Assembly: GCA_040377305.1 (NCBI GenBank) | Contig: JBEIPA010000005.1 | Coordinates: 170,685-234,684 of the forward strand | Source: Flavobacteriales bacterium | Lineage (GTDB): Bacteria; Bacteroidota; Bacteroidia; Palsa-965 | DNA length: 64,000 nucleotides | Direction of reading: 5' to 3' | In this document: positions 48,836 through 59,047 of the stretch, piece by piece | Layout: the number at the start of each line of letters is the position of its first letter | Numbering within the stretch: position 1 is the stretch's first letter | The notes under the pieces: model-generated | The model's database searches: none | What the model saw: only the letters and a program-made list of their open reading frames with translations | What the model was told of the DNA's origin: nothing | Made by a program: the position numbers and the translations under genes

Positions 48836-51800
48836 CTGTATCACAAGTCTACTCGAAACCCGCTCTTCCTTCGTGCTCAGCACAACCATATACACTCCGC
48901 TCTCGAGGAAAGATAGATCAACGTAACGGGTATCGTTCATTTCGTTCTGAAGCGAGTATGAATACACGATGTTGCCGAGCAGATCGAAAATCTCTACCGT
49001 TGCATCCTGACGTTCATCAAGCGCAATGTTGAAGGAAACTAATCCGTCGGTTGGATTTGGATAAACTTCCATGCGTGCGTCAGCAGCGATGAGTGAATCC
49101 TCAATCGTGTTTGTGAATCCTACCGTGAACTGCTGATAAATCTGTCCGCCAAAATCAGCGTTGAAGTTTTTCAGAATCACTGCACTTGTTGAACTCTTGA
49201 AACGCATGATGCCGTTTCCTTGAGCCGTATTCGCCCACCAGCTCAAACCGTCTTCACCGTAGTCCCACAAATTAAATTCGTAGCAATCGAACGGAAGTGT
49301 GATCGTATCGCGGTACCAGGTGTTTGGTGCTGTTGCAGTTGCCGATGAAACAATTTGTCCGGCACTGTTCTTTAGTTCGTATCCGTTCTCCTGCCAGTAG
49401 TTGTTGCTTCTGAATTCTACAACAAACGTTGCAGGCATTACCAGCGGATAAGTGAACTTCGATTTCCAGGTATTGTTGTAGCTGTACTGATCTGTTCCGC
49501 CATTCGGAGAACTGATGTCGAAGAAGAAATCCTGTGCGCCTGTTACCCAAGTAAATGGAGGAAGTGTAACCCAAGCAGTATCCAGGAAACCAAGATTTCC
49601 GTTCCACGTGTAAGTATGCATGAGACTTCCCATTCCGTATTGAATGGTCAATGAAGTGAGCGGAGTTGAACCGTTGTTTCTGATCACGATAATCGGATCC
49701 ATGCACACGGCATTCTTGCGCGACCACATCTGATCATTCGTTGGAGCAATTACATTTTCGATAGACGCATCTAACGTAAAGTTTGGTGCACCGTAGTAAA
49801 CAATCTGATCTTCGATCTGGTAGTAGCTCCACTCTCCGTTGTTGGTGTAAGCCTGCACGTTGTGGTCAAGTGTGATTGTATCTCCCGGTGTTGCATACGG
49901 AGTCAATTCGAAATCATACGTCCATACTTCTGCACCCGGACACCAGTTTGCACGATCGTACACCCACGTTCCTCCTTGCGGATACAATGGATTCACATCG
50001 CAATTGTTTCTCCAAACCAGTTGAGAGAATTGCTGGTTGCCATCTACGTAGTAGTAATGTGTCTTCGGACAAAACTCTGCGCAATTCGAAGGTGTATCCA
50101 TTCCGTGACCAGTAACGCGCGACTTCCAACGTGTTGTGACTGCATTCGGAAGCACAGGAACTTCCATAGGCACAAGGTGCGACTCGATCGGATTGTTCGT
50201 GTGACCGTAATCGAAATTACCAGTGTAAATATTTTCAATGTCGATAACGTCGCGCGGTGGTGTTCCCACGAACATCATGAATTTCAAATCGAGAAGTTCC
50301 TGCCAGTTTCCTGCAGAGATGTGAACGGAGTCGTGCAACAAGCTCACGTAATCAGTTACGTCGAATGTCCATGTCCAACCGGTTCCGAGACTCAGGTTGA
50401 TTCCGTAAGGCGTGATGTAACGACCCAATTCGAATCGCTTCACTTCCGGGAACACATTGTAGTAATCGTATTCCGATTGGTAAATGGTAGTGTCAGGAGT
50501 TGCGTTGAGTGCAACCGGCCATCCAACAAGCGTGTCGGTACCCACTCCCGGGTTGTTGATTGAGTCGTGATACAACACAACCTGGAAAGGAATGTTCAGT
50601 GTGGAATCGATTACAATAACTGAATCCACATACGAAACGTAAACACCTTGCTCGAACACCACGCGTGGTCGCACAAACGACTCTGTGAAATTCTTCGTGA
50701 GCTCTGAAGAATTCTTAAGTTCATTATTCACGTTAGAAAGAATTCCCGAAGGGTGAACAACTGCTGCAGAATCTACAACGGTTACGTTGTTACCATCGTC
50801 GAACTTGTATTGCATGACCACGTTTGCAAAATTCGGATCAGAAGGTACGATTGGCGAATTCATGTATTGCGTAATCTCAACCGGAGTCAACACTTTGTTG
50901 AACACCGTGAATTCATCCATGCGACCCATGAACGATTGTGACCCGCCCCACATTCCCTGTGAAAGTCGGAAGTTCGCGATGCCTGCCATTGAACGTGTCA
51001 TTGCAGAACCTGTGTGCCATTGAACACCGTTGAGGTAAACAAGCATAGAACCTGTCGCCACGTTCTTCGTGAATGTCCAGTAGTTCCATTGCCCTTCTGT
51101 CTCGGCAGCTGTTGCAGCTTTATCAATACGATCATAAGAAGCGCCGCCAGAATTTCCTGCATCCCAGTACACACGACTGTTGCTCCACGGCACGTGCGCG
51201 TTTATGACACGTTGTCCCAGTGAATCAGTTGCTTCGAAACACGTTCCGTCCATGGGTTGCGTTGCTGCATCACCATAATGCCAGAAGGAAACGGTGATGA
51301 ACGAATCGATCGTAGCCATTTCATTGGTGAATGGAATATCGACGTGTCCGCCCGGCATTGCGCTGATCGTGCGATCTGCATTTGCTTTTGTCAATGCAGA
51401 TTTAAATGCAGTTGCATCAGCAGAAACAAGATTATCTGTTAATGCGGTTAGATTATCGTACGTGATCTCTATCAGCAGATTCGAAATTCCATCCCAGTTG
51501 AATGCAGTGGTGAATTGCAGGCTGTTCCATCCGGTTGAAGAGAATGTTGTGTTCTGCGAGTACACCGAAGTGAATCCGCTGTTAGTAAACGTTGCGTTCG
51601 TGAGTGAATCAAGAATTGTTGACTGAATGCGAATCGTCATGTTGCGTGTTGTTCCTCCAAGTGAATTGAGGAAGAACTGCAATCCGGTAATATCACCGGC
51701 AGTAACACCGGCAGCAGTAAGTTCACTTGCTTTCCAGAGGAACTGTGTGCGTGATACAGGTTGCGCTGCACCGAAAGGATAATTCGCCGTAACTGCGCCA

Positions 51801-52222
51801 CTACCGATCGTATCTGCGCTCAGTGAAGTTGTGCTCGTGTGTACAATGAAATACTGCCAGAGTGAATCGTAGGCATACGTTGGTGTATTCGAGTACGCAA
51901 TGCTGTCGGGTGCAGAACCATTCACAGTAAGCATTGATTGAACAATACGCGATGAATCAAGCAAACCAGTGTGCTCATACACGTACGTGTTTGTGAGATA
52001 ATCCCACTCTCCGCACGCAGGACTTTGTGCAGGATTACACTTCAGCGTATACTTCATCAGGATCTTCTCATAACGCATGGTGTCTGAGGGGAACGTGAAC
52101 CATGCATCCTGAGGAGATCCGAACGTGAAGGTTTGAATCACAATAGTGTCGCCCGGCAGGTATTGTGCTTTAACACTTGTGAACAGTGCAATCGTTGCGA
52201 AAAGGAGTAGGAATTTTTTCAT
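48833..52222 (-). CDS. Peptide-N-glycosidase F-related protein with LamG insertion and T9SS C-terminal domain
   Basis: CGEWDY, FELGRYITPYG, HG.....CAEFC and GTW.Y.RANWCPG motifs; LamG W.YWTF...YLNG...GRMDEF; VYPNPT. Confidence 0.85.
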   Translation of the reverse strand: MKKFLLLFATIALFTSVKAQYLPGDTIVIQTFTFGSPQDAWFTFPSDTMRYEKILMKYTLKCNPAQSPACGEWDYLTNTYVYEHTGLLDSSRIVQSMLTVNGSAPDSIAYSNTPTYAYDSLWQYFIVHTSTTSLSADTIGSGAVTANYPFGAAQPVSRTQFLWKASELTAAGVTAGDITGLQFFLNSLGGTTRNMTIRIQSTILDSLTNATFTNSGFTSVYSQNTTFSSTGWNSLQFTTAFNWDGISNLLIEITYDNLTALTDNLVSADATAFKSALTKANADRTISAMPGGHVDIPFTNEMATIDSFITVSFWHYGDAATQPMDGTCFEATDSLGQRVINAHVPWSNSRVYWDAGNSGGASYDRIDKAATAAETEGQWNYWTFTKNVATGSMLVYLNGVQWHTGSAMTRSMAGIANFRLSQGMWGGSQSFMGRMDEFTVFNKVLTPVEITQYMNSPIVPSDPNFANVVMQYKFDDGNNVTVVDSAAVVHPSGILSNVNNELKNSSELTKNFTESFVRPRVVFEQGVYVSYVDSVIVIDSTLNIPFQVVLYHDSINNPGVGTDTLVGWPVALNATPDTTIYQSEYDYYNVFPEVKRFELGRYITPYGINLSLGTGWTWTFDVTDYVSLLHDSVHISAGNWQELLDLKFMMFVGTPPRDVIDIENIYTGNFDYGHTNNPIESHLVPMEVPVLPNAVTTRWKSRVTGHGMDTPSNCAEFCPKTHYYYVDGNQQFSQLVWRNNCDVNPLYPQGGTWVYDRANWCPGAEVWTYDFELTPYATPGDTITLDHNVQAYTNNGEWSYYQIEDQIVYYGAPNFTLDASIENVIAPTNDQMWSRKNAVCMDPIIVIRNNGSTPLTSLTIQYGMGSLMHTYTWNGNLGFLDTAWVTLPPFTWVTGAQDFFFDISSPNGGTDQYSYNNTWKSKFTYPLVMPATFVVEFRSNNYWQENGYELKNSAGQIVSSATATAPNTWYRDTITLPFDCYEFNLWDYGEDGLSWWANTAQGNGIMRFKSSTSAVILKNFNADFGGQIYQQFTVGFTNTIEDSLIAADARMEVYPNPTDGLVSFNIALDERQDATVEIFDLLGNIVYSYSLQNEMNDTRYVDLSFLESGVYMVVLSTKEERVSSRLVIQ

Positions 52223-52362
52223 GGGAAAGGGTACAGTTATTGGGTATTTGCAGAGCTAAAAGTACGAAGGTTCCGAGCGAGGAGATTGACCAAAGATGGA
52301 CGGATTTTGACCTCTGAAAACACACGTCCATTCACTAACTTTGGGTAAACCCACTTCTACCT

Positions 52363-54306
52363 ATGTACAAGCGCAGTTCACCGATATTACTAACCCTCTT
52401 GTCGTTCGGATTTCTGAATGCACAATCCACCCTCAACGAAAGCATCAATGCGGGCTTCGGTCACAATTTTGTCAATACACAGACGGCTCCGGCAGAACGT
52501 ACAGGAATCAATGTATTTCCTGTACTCGATATCATGGATCAGCTAAAACAAGGGGTAAATCCAGTATCACTTCGAAATGGAAATGATGAACTGCTCGCAC
52601 TGGATACACTCATTGTTGGCTTAGTTCCGAATGATACACTTGTTATCACCGGCACCTGGACACACACCGGTCCAATCTGGGTTTTAGGAACAGGTGTTCT
52701 TATTTTCGACAACGCGAATGTCATTGACACCGGAGATGTGTATGTGTTTCAAACCGGCAAGTTGTTCGCCGATTCCAGCACATTTATCTTCCCGCAGAAC
52801 TATTTCTACGAGCGAAGTTTGCTGATCGTGCAGAATGGTTATGCCAACTTCACGAACTGCTCGTTCAACTACAGCGGTCTGTCGCATAACCTCGTACTCG
52901 GACAAAACGGAACGCTTGACATGACCAACATTCATCAGAATGATTGGACTACCTGCGGCTTGTTCGGATCGCCAACACTTAATCTGCATGGATGTAATCT
53001 CTCCGGCGAATACATTCTGAACGATACCGCCACTGCGAATTTTGAATCAGCCGATTCTATCATACTCTGGCACGTGTTGCCACGCTACAGTCTGATCAAT
53101 TACGGATTTCCCAATGGCAATTTCGTCACCGGTTATACATTCAACAATTCTACGCCGGGAGTTTCTGGTGTATCATACGCTACATCCGCCGACTCATGCA
53201 GTACGGTATGGTGGGCGATCATGCCCGAGAACGGAAGCGATGTTACACTTTCGAATTCCGACCTACGGTTAATCGGGTGTTTCTTCCGCTACGGTGATAC
53301 AACATACGCCGCCGGAATAATGAATAACTCGTCATACGTCAATTACACCACACCTCTTGCCGATCGTACACTCCAGCTGAACAACTCAACTGTTGGCACG
53401 TGGAGTTTCTACGTGTTCGATTCATCATCTATTGAAATCGATAGTTGTCAGCTTGGAGAAGTTGGAACGCAACAAAGTTCATCTGTATATGCGCACGATT
53501 TCATTCTCGACGGATCTGGTGGATACTTCTGGAGCACGGACAGTACTTTTATACTTGCTCAGAACATTATTTCGTATGCAACCACGCGTGCAGAACGAAA
53601 CAGCACGTTTGTACTTGCATATAGTTGGCTTCCATTCGCACCACCTACGGCAATTGCCAATGGAACATTGATCTCTGCGCAAAACACACTTGCCTCTGAT
53701 CCGATTCCGTACGACGCAAGTGTTGTGTGGAATGGATTCATCGCCGGGCCTGATACGTCTTATACAAATGCGATGGTTGGTATTTTTGGCTCCGCGTGGA
53801 TCGATCAGGGTCCACTGGGAAATCCGGTTGACTTTGTAAACTACAGCCTTGCATGGCAGAATCCATTCGTGTCTCCAACATGGTTTCCGATTGTTGCTGA
53901 TTCAACACAAGAGATTCGCAGTAATGCATTGGGTATATGGAATACGATTGGGCGCACAGCCGGAACATACGTGCTTCGTCTTACGATTGAAAGCAATATG
54001 GGTGATACGATTGACTGCTTTAGGATTATTACGTTACTGCCGGGAACGCTTGGGGTGAATGAAATTTCTCCGGTGACTTGCACAGTGTTTCCCAATCCTG
54101 CTCAATCAGCGCTACACATTACCGCTACAACACCGGGTGTGATTGAGATCTATTCTGCAGATGGGAAATTGGTACGGCGCGAAACCATCAATGCGAAAGC
54201 AGGTGTAATTGATATATCTGCACTGGAATCAGGAATGTACACCTGGATATTTACGGATGAAAATCGTGAAATGTGGTCAGGTAAATTCGTGAAATCTAAA
54301 CAGTAA
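52363..54306 (+). CDS. Secreted beta-rich protein with T9SS C-terminal domain
   Basis: Signal peptide; VFPNPA...SGMY; TAACTTTG box upstream. Confidence 0.8.
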   Translation: MYKRSSPILLTLLSFGFLNAQSTLNESINAGFGHNFVNTQTAPAERTGINVFPVLDIMDQLKQGVNPVSLRNGNDELLALDTLIVGLVPNDTLVITGTWTHTGPIWVLGTGVLIFDNANVIDTGDVYVFQTGKLFADSSTFIFPQNYFYERSLLIVQNGYANFTNCSFNYSGLSHNLVLGQNGTLDMTNIHQNDWTTCGLFGSPTLNLHGCNLSGEYILNDTATANFESADSIILWHVLPRYSLINYGFPNGNFVTGYTFNNSTPGVSGVSYATSADSCSTVWWAIMPENGSDVTLSNSDLRLIGCFFRYGDTTYAAGIMNNSSYVNYTTPLADRTLQLNNSTVGTWSFYVFDSSSIEIDSCQLGEVGTQQSSSVYAHDFILDGSGGYFWSTDSTFILAQNIISYATTRAERNSTFVLAYSWLPFAPPTAIANGTLISAQNTLASDPIPYDASVVWNGFIAGPDTSYTNAMVGIFGSAWIDQGPLGNPVDFVNYSLAWQNPFVSPTWFPIVADSTQEIRSNALGIWNTIGRTAGTYVLRLTIESNMGDTIDCFRIITLLPGTLGVNEISPVTCTVFPNPAQSALHITATTPGVIEIYSADGKLVRRETINAKAGVIDISALESGMYTWIFTDENREMWSGKFVKSKQ

Positions 54307-54433
54307 TCGGATTGAACAGGGATAAAGATTAATGTGCGGGGTTATGACAATATACCATCTGGTTACACCGATATTAGACTGCATCCCGATAAGCCAGGAG
54401 AGTTTCTAAAGTTTAATCCTAAATAATTGGCCA

Positions 54434-55267
54434 TTGAATAAATCCCTTTTCCCTGCGCTTATTACAACTGTATTGTTCCTCGCAGGCTGCGCAGAAAACA
54501 ATCACGACAAATTACCACCGGAAGTAATATCACTATTAACTTCTGAAAGCAATTTGCTTGAATCATATTCTTCAAAAGAACCTTCTGACAAAGTTGAAGA
54601 GCTACCCTATGAAGTCATCAAAATTGGGAATGATTTGGCATTGTATATAGTTACAGATTCAGTTGGAATGAATTCCGAAATAAATCCAGTATCACATTAT
54701 ATCGTTCTTCAGGACAGAGAAACTTATAAAATTGTATTTTCTGGACCTAGTGACAATCTGCATTTCATTAAATCATCCGATTCAATCCCAATGTTGGAAT
54801 TCGATTACGTCATTTTAGGAGCCGGTCAAGCTGAATCCCGGCATTCCCGTTTCAAATATGACGGCACCCGGTACAAATTGGTCGAGCTTTGTACAATCGA
54901 CAATCAACCAGTAGTAATTCCTACCTCAATGCTTATCTCAATTGGTTATCCATTTAACTCCAATGAAATTAGCAAAGCTAATAACCCCAACTACGAATTA
55001 AATTATAGCAGTTTGAAATTATTGAGAACGGTTCGTAGTTCTAAAGGGGACAGCCTGTTCATTGTAAAACACCTGAACGAAGATTCGTCGATGATATCCT
55101 GGCTTTTCGCTCCTAAAAGTCAGGGATACTCCTTGATTCAGGTTATAGCGGATGATATAACACCACGAAGTGTCACGACGAACAAGCTCTACGACCTCCT
55201 CGGGTCCTCGCGCAAAATTTACAAATGGGATGGGGCCATATATTCTGAAAGTGAATCACAAGAATGA
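54434..55267 (+). CDS. Hypothetical lipoprotein
   Basis: TTG start, lipobox LAGC; visibly more AT-rich than neighbours. Confidence 0.65.
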   Translation: MNKSLFPALITTVLFLAGCAENNHDKLPPEVISLLTSESNLLESYSSKEPSDKVEELPYEVIKIGNDLALYIVTDSVGMNSEINPVSHYIVLQDRETYKIVFSGPSDNLHFIKSSDSIPMLEFDYVILGAGQAESRHSRFKYDGTRYKLVELCTIDNQPVVIPTSMLISIGYPFNSNEISKANNPNYELNYSSLKLLRTVRSSKGDSLFIVKHLNEDSSMISWLFAPKSQGYSLIQVIADDITPRSVTTNKLYDLLGSSRKIYKWDGAIYSESESQE

Positions 55268-55273
55268 GTATTC

Positions 55274-56605
55274 TTATATCAACCCCCTCGCCTTCAACTC
55301 CAGATACTTATTAATCGTATTCACCGTCAAATTCTCCGGCGCAGTAAACACCGCGTGAATTCCGTACAACCCAAGCTCGCGCACAATGAGTTTTTTCTCG
55401 TAAGCAAATTTCTCAGCGATAGTCTGATAATAGATTTCCTGAACGGTTTCAGGAGTGCGATCTAAGAATTTACGCAGCTCCGTATTCTCGAAGAAGATGA
55501 CCACAAGCAAATGATCTTTCGCGAGTCTGCGGAAGAAAGTCATTTGTCGTTGCATGCCGGAAAGCGTTTCGAAGTTGGTGAAGAGCAGCAAGAGCGATCG
55601 TTGTGTGATTGTACGCTTCACCTGGGTGTACAGACGACCGTAATCGGATTCCTGGTAACCGGTTTTTGCCTTGTAAAGCATTTCCAGAATGTTCATCATC
55701 TGGAAACCTTTGCGATCTGCTTTCAGTGTGTTGTGAACGCGGTGCGAGAATGTAATTACACCGGCCTTATCATACTTCAGCATGGCAATGTTGGAAATTA
55801 CCAGGGAAGCATTGATCGCGTAATCGAGCAGCGTCATTCCTTCGAACGGCATTTTCATTACACGCCCCATGTCAATGAGCGAATACACCTGCTGCGATTT
55901 CTCATCCTGAAAGGTATTCACCATTAGTCGCGACTTGCGAGCAGTTGCTTTCCAGTTCACTGTGCGCGGATCATCGCCAGACACGTATTCTTTGATCTGA
56001 TCGAACTCGCGGTTCTGCCCTACTCTGCGGATCTTCTTGATACCGGCATCAACCAAACGATTTGAAATCGCGAGAAGTTCATACTTGCGCATCTGCAGAA
56101 AAGACGGATACACCGGAACTTCCTGATCGTTGTCGAAAGTGAATTTGCGTTGAACGAGTCCGAGTACTGTCGAAGCCAATACGTTCACAGCACCGAACAT
56201 GTATTCACCACGCTTCGTCGGACGAATTCTGTAATTGAGCACTTTCTTTCCGAAAATGCCGAGGTACACACCGAACGCAATATCACGTGCCTGAAACTGT
56301 GTTGGCAATTCATCAACGACTTTCAGCCAGATCGGATACGGATATTTATTCTCGAGATAAATCTTGATTTCATTCTGATCGCCGTTCGACAATTTCTCCA
56401 TCGTTTCGCGACGTGCAAAAACGCCTTTGTACATCCAGAGAATTACGATATCGGCAACAACCACAAACGGCAAACCAATTGCACAAATCCACGCCACTCC
56501 GTAAAACCACGGAAATCTCCACGCGATCATAGACAGCAGTACGAGCAGTCCGCAGATCACGAAGAAACGTGTGGTAAAAAAGATCGATTTGTAGAATTTG
56601 AACAC
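55274..56605 (-). CDS. DUF58 (vWA-like) protein; start uncertain (GTG 56605 or ATG 56647)
   Basis: RGEY.FG, EFDQIKEYV.GDD.R.VNWKATAR and ID.GR.M motifs. Confidence 0.9.
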   Translation of the reverse strand: MFKFYKSIFFTTRFFVICGLLVLLSMIAWRFPWFYGVAWICAIGLPFVVVADIVILWMYKGVFARRETMEKLSNGDQNEIKIYLENKYPYPIWLKVVDELPTQFQARDIAFGVYLGIFGKKVLNYRIRPTKRGEYMFGAVNVLASTVLGLVQRKFTFDNDQEVPVYPSFLQMRKYELLAISNRLVDAGIKKIRRVGQNREFDQIKEYVSGDDPRTVNWKATARKSRLMVNTFQDEKSQQVYSLIDMGRVMKMPFEGMTLLDYAINASLVISNIAMLKYDKAGVITFSHRVHNTLKADRKGFQMMNILEMLYKAKTGYQESDYGRLYTQVKRTITQRSLLLLFTNFETLSGMQRQMTFFRRLAKDHLLVVIFFENTELRKFLDRTPETVQEIYYQTIAEKFAYEKKLIVRELGLYGIHAVFTAPENLTVNTINKYLELKARGLI

Positions 56606-56668
56606 TGTGCCTTGATCTAGTTTTGTAATGATGTGCCGATATGCCAATATGCCGATATGCCGATTGCA

Positions 56669-56713
56669 CCCTTGTCAGACCGAGTAAACTCGATAAACTG
56701 CGGAGCAGCGTGA
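56669..56713. repeat. Dispersed copy of the 11245-11411 repeat family
   Basis: CCTTGTCA..CGAGTA...AACTGCGGAGCAGC matches the reverse complement of about 11322-11362. Confidence 0.65.
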
Positions 56714-56757
56714 CTCAAAAATATCGTTGTACCGAAGGATGACATGGCGAGGTCTGA

Positions 56758-57744
56758 TTAACGTGGTACTTCAATCGACTGTATCAACTGTCTCACAATC
56801 TCTCCACTCGTCAATCCTTCCATCTCTCTCTCCGGCGTGAGCATTACACGATGCTGCAAAACCGGCACCGCTACTTCACGGATATCGTCCGGTGTGATGA
56901 AATCGCGTCCGCGCATAGCTGCGATTGCTTTCGATGAAGTAAGAATTGCCAATGAAGCACGTGGCGATGCACCGAGATACAACGATGCATTGTTACGTGT
57001 CTGAGAAACAATCTGCGCGATGTAATGCAGGAGTTGCGGCTCAACATACAGGCTGTACACTTTCTGGCGATACTCGTACAGTTGTTCTGCCGTGATCACG
57101 GGTTTTACATTCTCGATCTGCAGTGAATTTTTTCTGCCGTGATAATCTTCGAGAATTTTCGTCTCCTGCGCCACGTTCGGATAATCGACACGCAGCTTAA
57201 AGAGAAAACGATCGAGCTGCGCTTCCGGCAAACGATAAGTTCCTTCCTGATCGACTGGATTTTGTGTTGCCACAACCATGAATGGTGGATCGAGCTTGTA
57301 TGTTCTTCCATCGACAGTCACTTGCCGCTCTTCCATAGATTCGAAAAGTGCCGACTGTGTTTTCGCTGGCGCACGGTTGATCTCGTCAATGAGAACGATG
57401 TTCGAGAAAATCGGTCCCGGACGGAATTCGAAATCGTTGCTCTTCAGGTTGAAGATGCTGCTCCCGGTTACATCAGAAGGCATGAGATCGGGTGTGAACT
57501 GCAGACGCGAGAACTTTACCGATACGGTGCGCGCAAGCAATTTCGCCGTGAGCGTTTTTGCTACACCGGGAACACCTTCCATCAGGACGTGTCCATCCGA
57601 CAAAAGTGCGGCGATCAAAAGATCGACGATCTGCTCTTGTCCAACGATCACTTTACCAATCTCGTTGCGGACGTTTTGCACCGCCTGCTGCAGATCAGTA
57701 AGGTTGATCCTGTTTTCGAAATGCGTATTCGTTACATCAGTCAT
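56758..57744 (-). CDS. MoxR family AAA+ ATPase
   Basis: EGVPGVAKT, QFTPDLMPSD, DEINRAPAKTQSAL, ATQNP and LPEAQLDRF motifs. Confidence 0.95.
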   Translation of the reverse strand: MTDVTNTHFENRINLTDLQQAVQNVRNEIGKVIVGQEQIVDLLIAALLSDGHVLMEGVPGVAKTLTAKLLARTVSVKFSRLQFTPDLMPSDVTGSSIFNLKSNDFEFRPGPIFSNIVLIDEINRAPAKTQSALFESMEERQVTVDGRTYKLDPPFMVVATQNPVDQEGTYRLPEAQLDRFLFKLRVDYPNVAQETKILEDYHGRKNSLQIENVKPVITAEQLYEYRQKVYSLYVEPQLLHYIAQIVSQTRNNASLYLGASPRASLAILTSSKAIAAMRGRDFITPDDIREVAVPVLQHRVMLTPEREMEGLTSGEIVRQLIQSIEVPR

Positions 57745-57826
57745 ATTGCTGTGTTATTTATGATTCGTGAATTTCGACTTTCTGACATATTATGCTTTGA
57801 AGTACTACTTATTGACTTCTGACTTT

Positions 57827-59047
57827 TTACCTTTTAGAGCGTTTGTTAAAGTCACGAATGGCAGCATCAAGCTCTTTCAGATCGCGGTCTGAATGTCCCT
57901 CGTACGAACGCATCGTGGTAATCATTTTGAACAAGTTCTGCACTTGCGGAAACGGTACCCCGGAAAGAGAAGTCACACGTTCAACAAGACGTTCATCAAT
58001 TTCCAGTGTGGTAACCATGAATCGGGAACGAACCGATTCAAGGAAGTATGCAATCTTCTTCTGCACAATATTGCTGTGATTGCTTTGGCGATAGTACAAC
58101 GCTCCGATTTGCTCTACGAAATCAAGTGTTGCATTCCGTACTCCCTGTATAGTTGGAACCGGACGCTGTCTGCGCTTTCCTCCGAAGAACAACGCGACCA
58201 ATCCTGCCGTGATGAGCACATAGTATGCAAGCTTCAACGCAGGTTGTGACATTACAAAACGACGGGTGTCTTCCTTCATGGCTTTTCCGACTTTGTAATG
58301 ATCATCGAGGTACGTAATCTGATCGGGCAGGTAACTGAAAGCACCAAAAATGTATTGTGCATTCGTTGGACGTGCAGCGTAATAATTGGTGAAAGCTTCA
58401 GGCATGCAATGCAAAAGGAATTGTCCTTCACCCAATTTCACGCGAATGAAATTTGGATAGCCGCTTCTGTCGACACCAAGAATCGTTGTTGTTTTCGGAT
58501 TCAACCGGAAGAACGCGTATGAAACATACGACAACTCATAACGCGGAGCAGGTTCTACAAAAACACTATCGTTGATGAGATTCATTTTCACCGTATCATT
58601 CGCATACGCCATTAAAGCGTTCAATGTCGAGTCTTGTGCAAAACGGGAATACAGCGGATCGTCAACAACAAACTTCAGTGTGTCGCTCAGCATACCAAAT
58701 GAACCCGCAGAAATGAAAACCGTATTGCCTTTACTCACGAAGCGACACAATGCAATTGCATCCTGCGCACTGGCTTCGAACCAGTCGTTGAAGAAAACGT
58801 AATTGCGTCCGGTCAGATTCGTATCAGCGTCGAGCTGCTGATAAACCGTTTTGTCGACAACCTGAACTTCCTTCGTAAGAGAACTCTGCAGATACTTCGC
58901 TGACAAAATTCCACCGAATGGTATTTTGGAATCAGTGCGGTAACTCACATCCCAATTGATTCTCTTCGTCGCAGCTTTTTGCGAGATATAACCAATCAGC
59001 ACCATGACGCCGATAAGCAGAACGAGATATGGCCAGCTGCTTCTCAT
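57827..59047 (-). CDS. DUF4350 domain membrane protein
   Basis: W..SY....K.P.G, GNTVFIS, P.AFTNY and KRRQRP motifs; position in MoxR cluster. Confidence 0.8.
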   Translation of the reverse strand: MRSSWPYLVLLIGVMVLIGYISQKAATKRINWDVSYRTDSKIPFGGILSAKYLQSSLTKEVQVVDKTVYQQLDADTNLTGRNYVFFNDWFEASAQDAIALCRFVSKGNTVFISAGSFGMLSDTLKFVVDDPLYSRFAQDSTLNALMAYANDTVKMNLINDSVFVEPAPRYELSYVSYAFFRLNPKTTTILGVDRSGYPNFIRVKLGEGQFLLHCMPEAFTNYYAARPTNAQYIFGAFSYLPDQITYLDDHYKVGKAMKEDTRRFVMSQPALKLAYYVLITAGLVALFFGGKRRQRPVPTIQGVRNATLDFVEQIGALYYRQSNHSNIVQKKIAYFLESVRSRFMVTTLEIDERLVERVTSLSGVPFPQVQNLFKMITTMRSYEGHSDRDLKELDAAIRDFNKRSKR

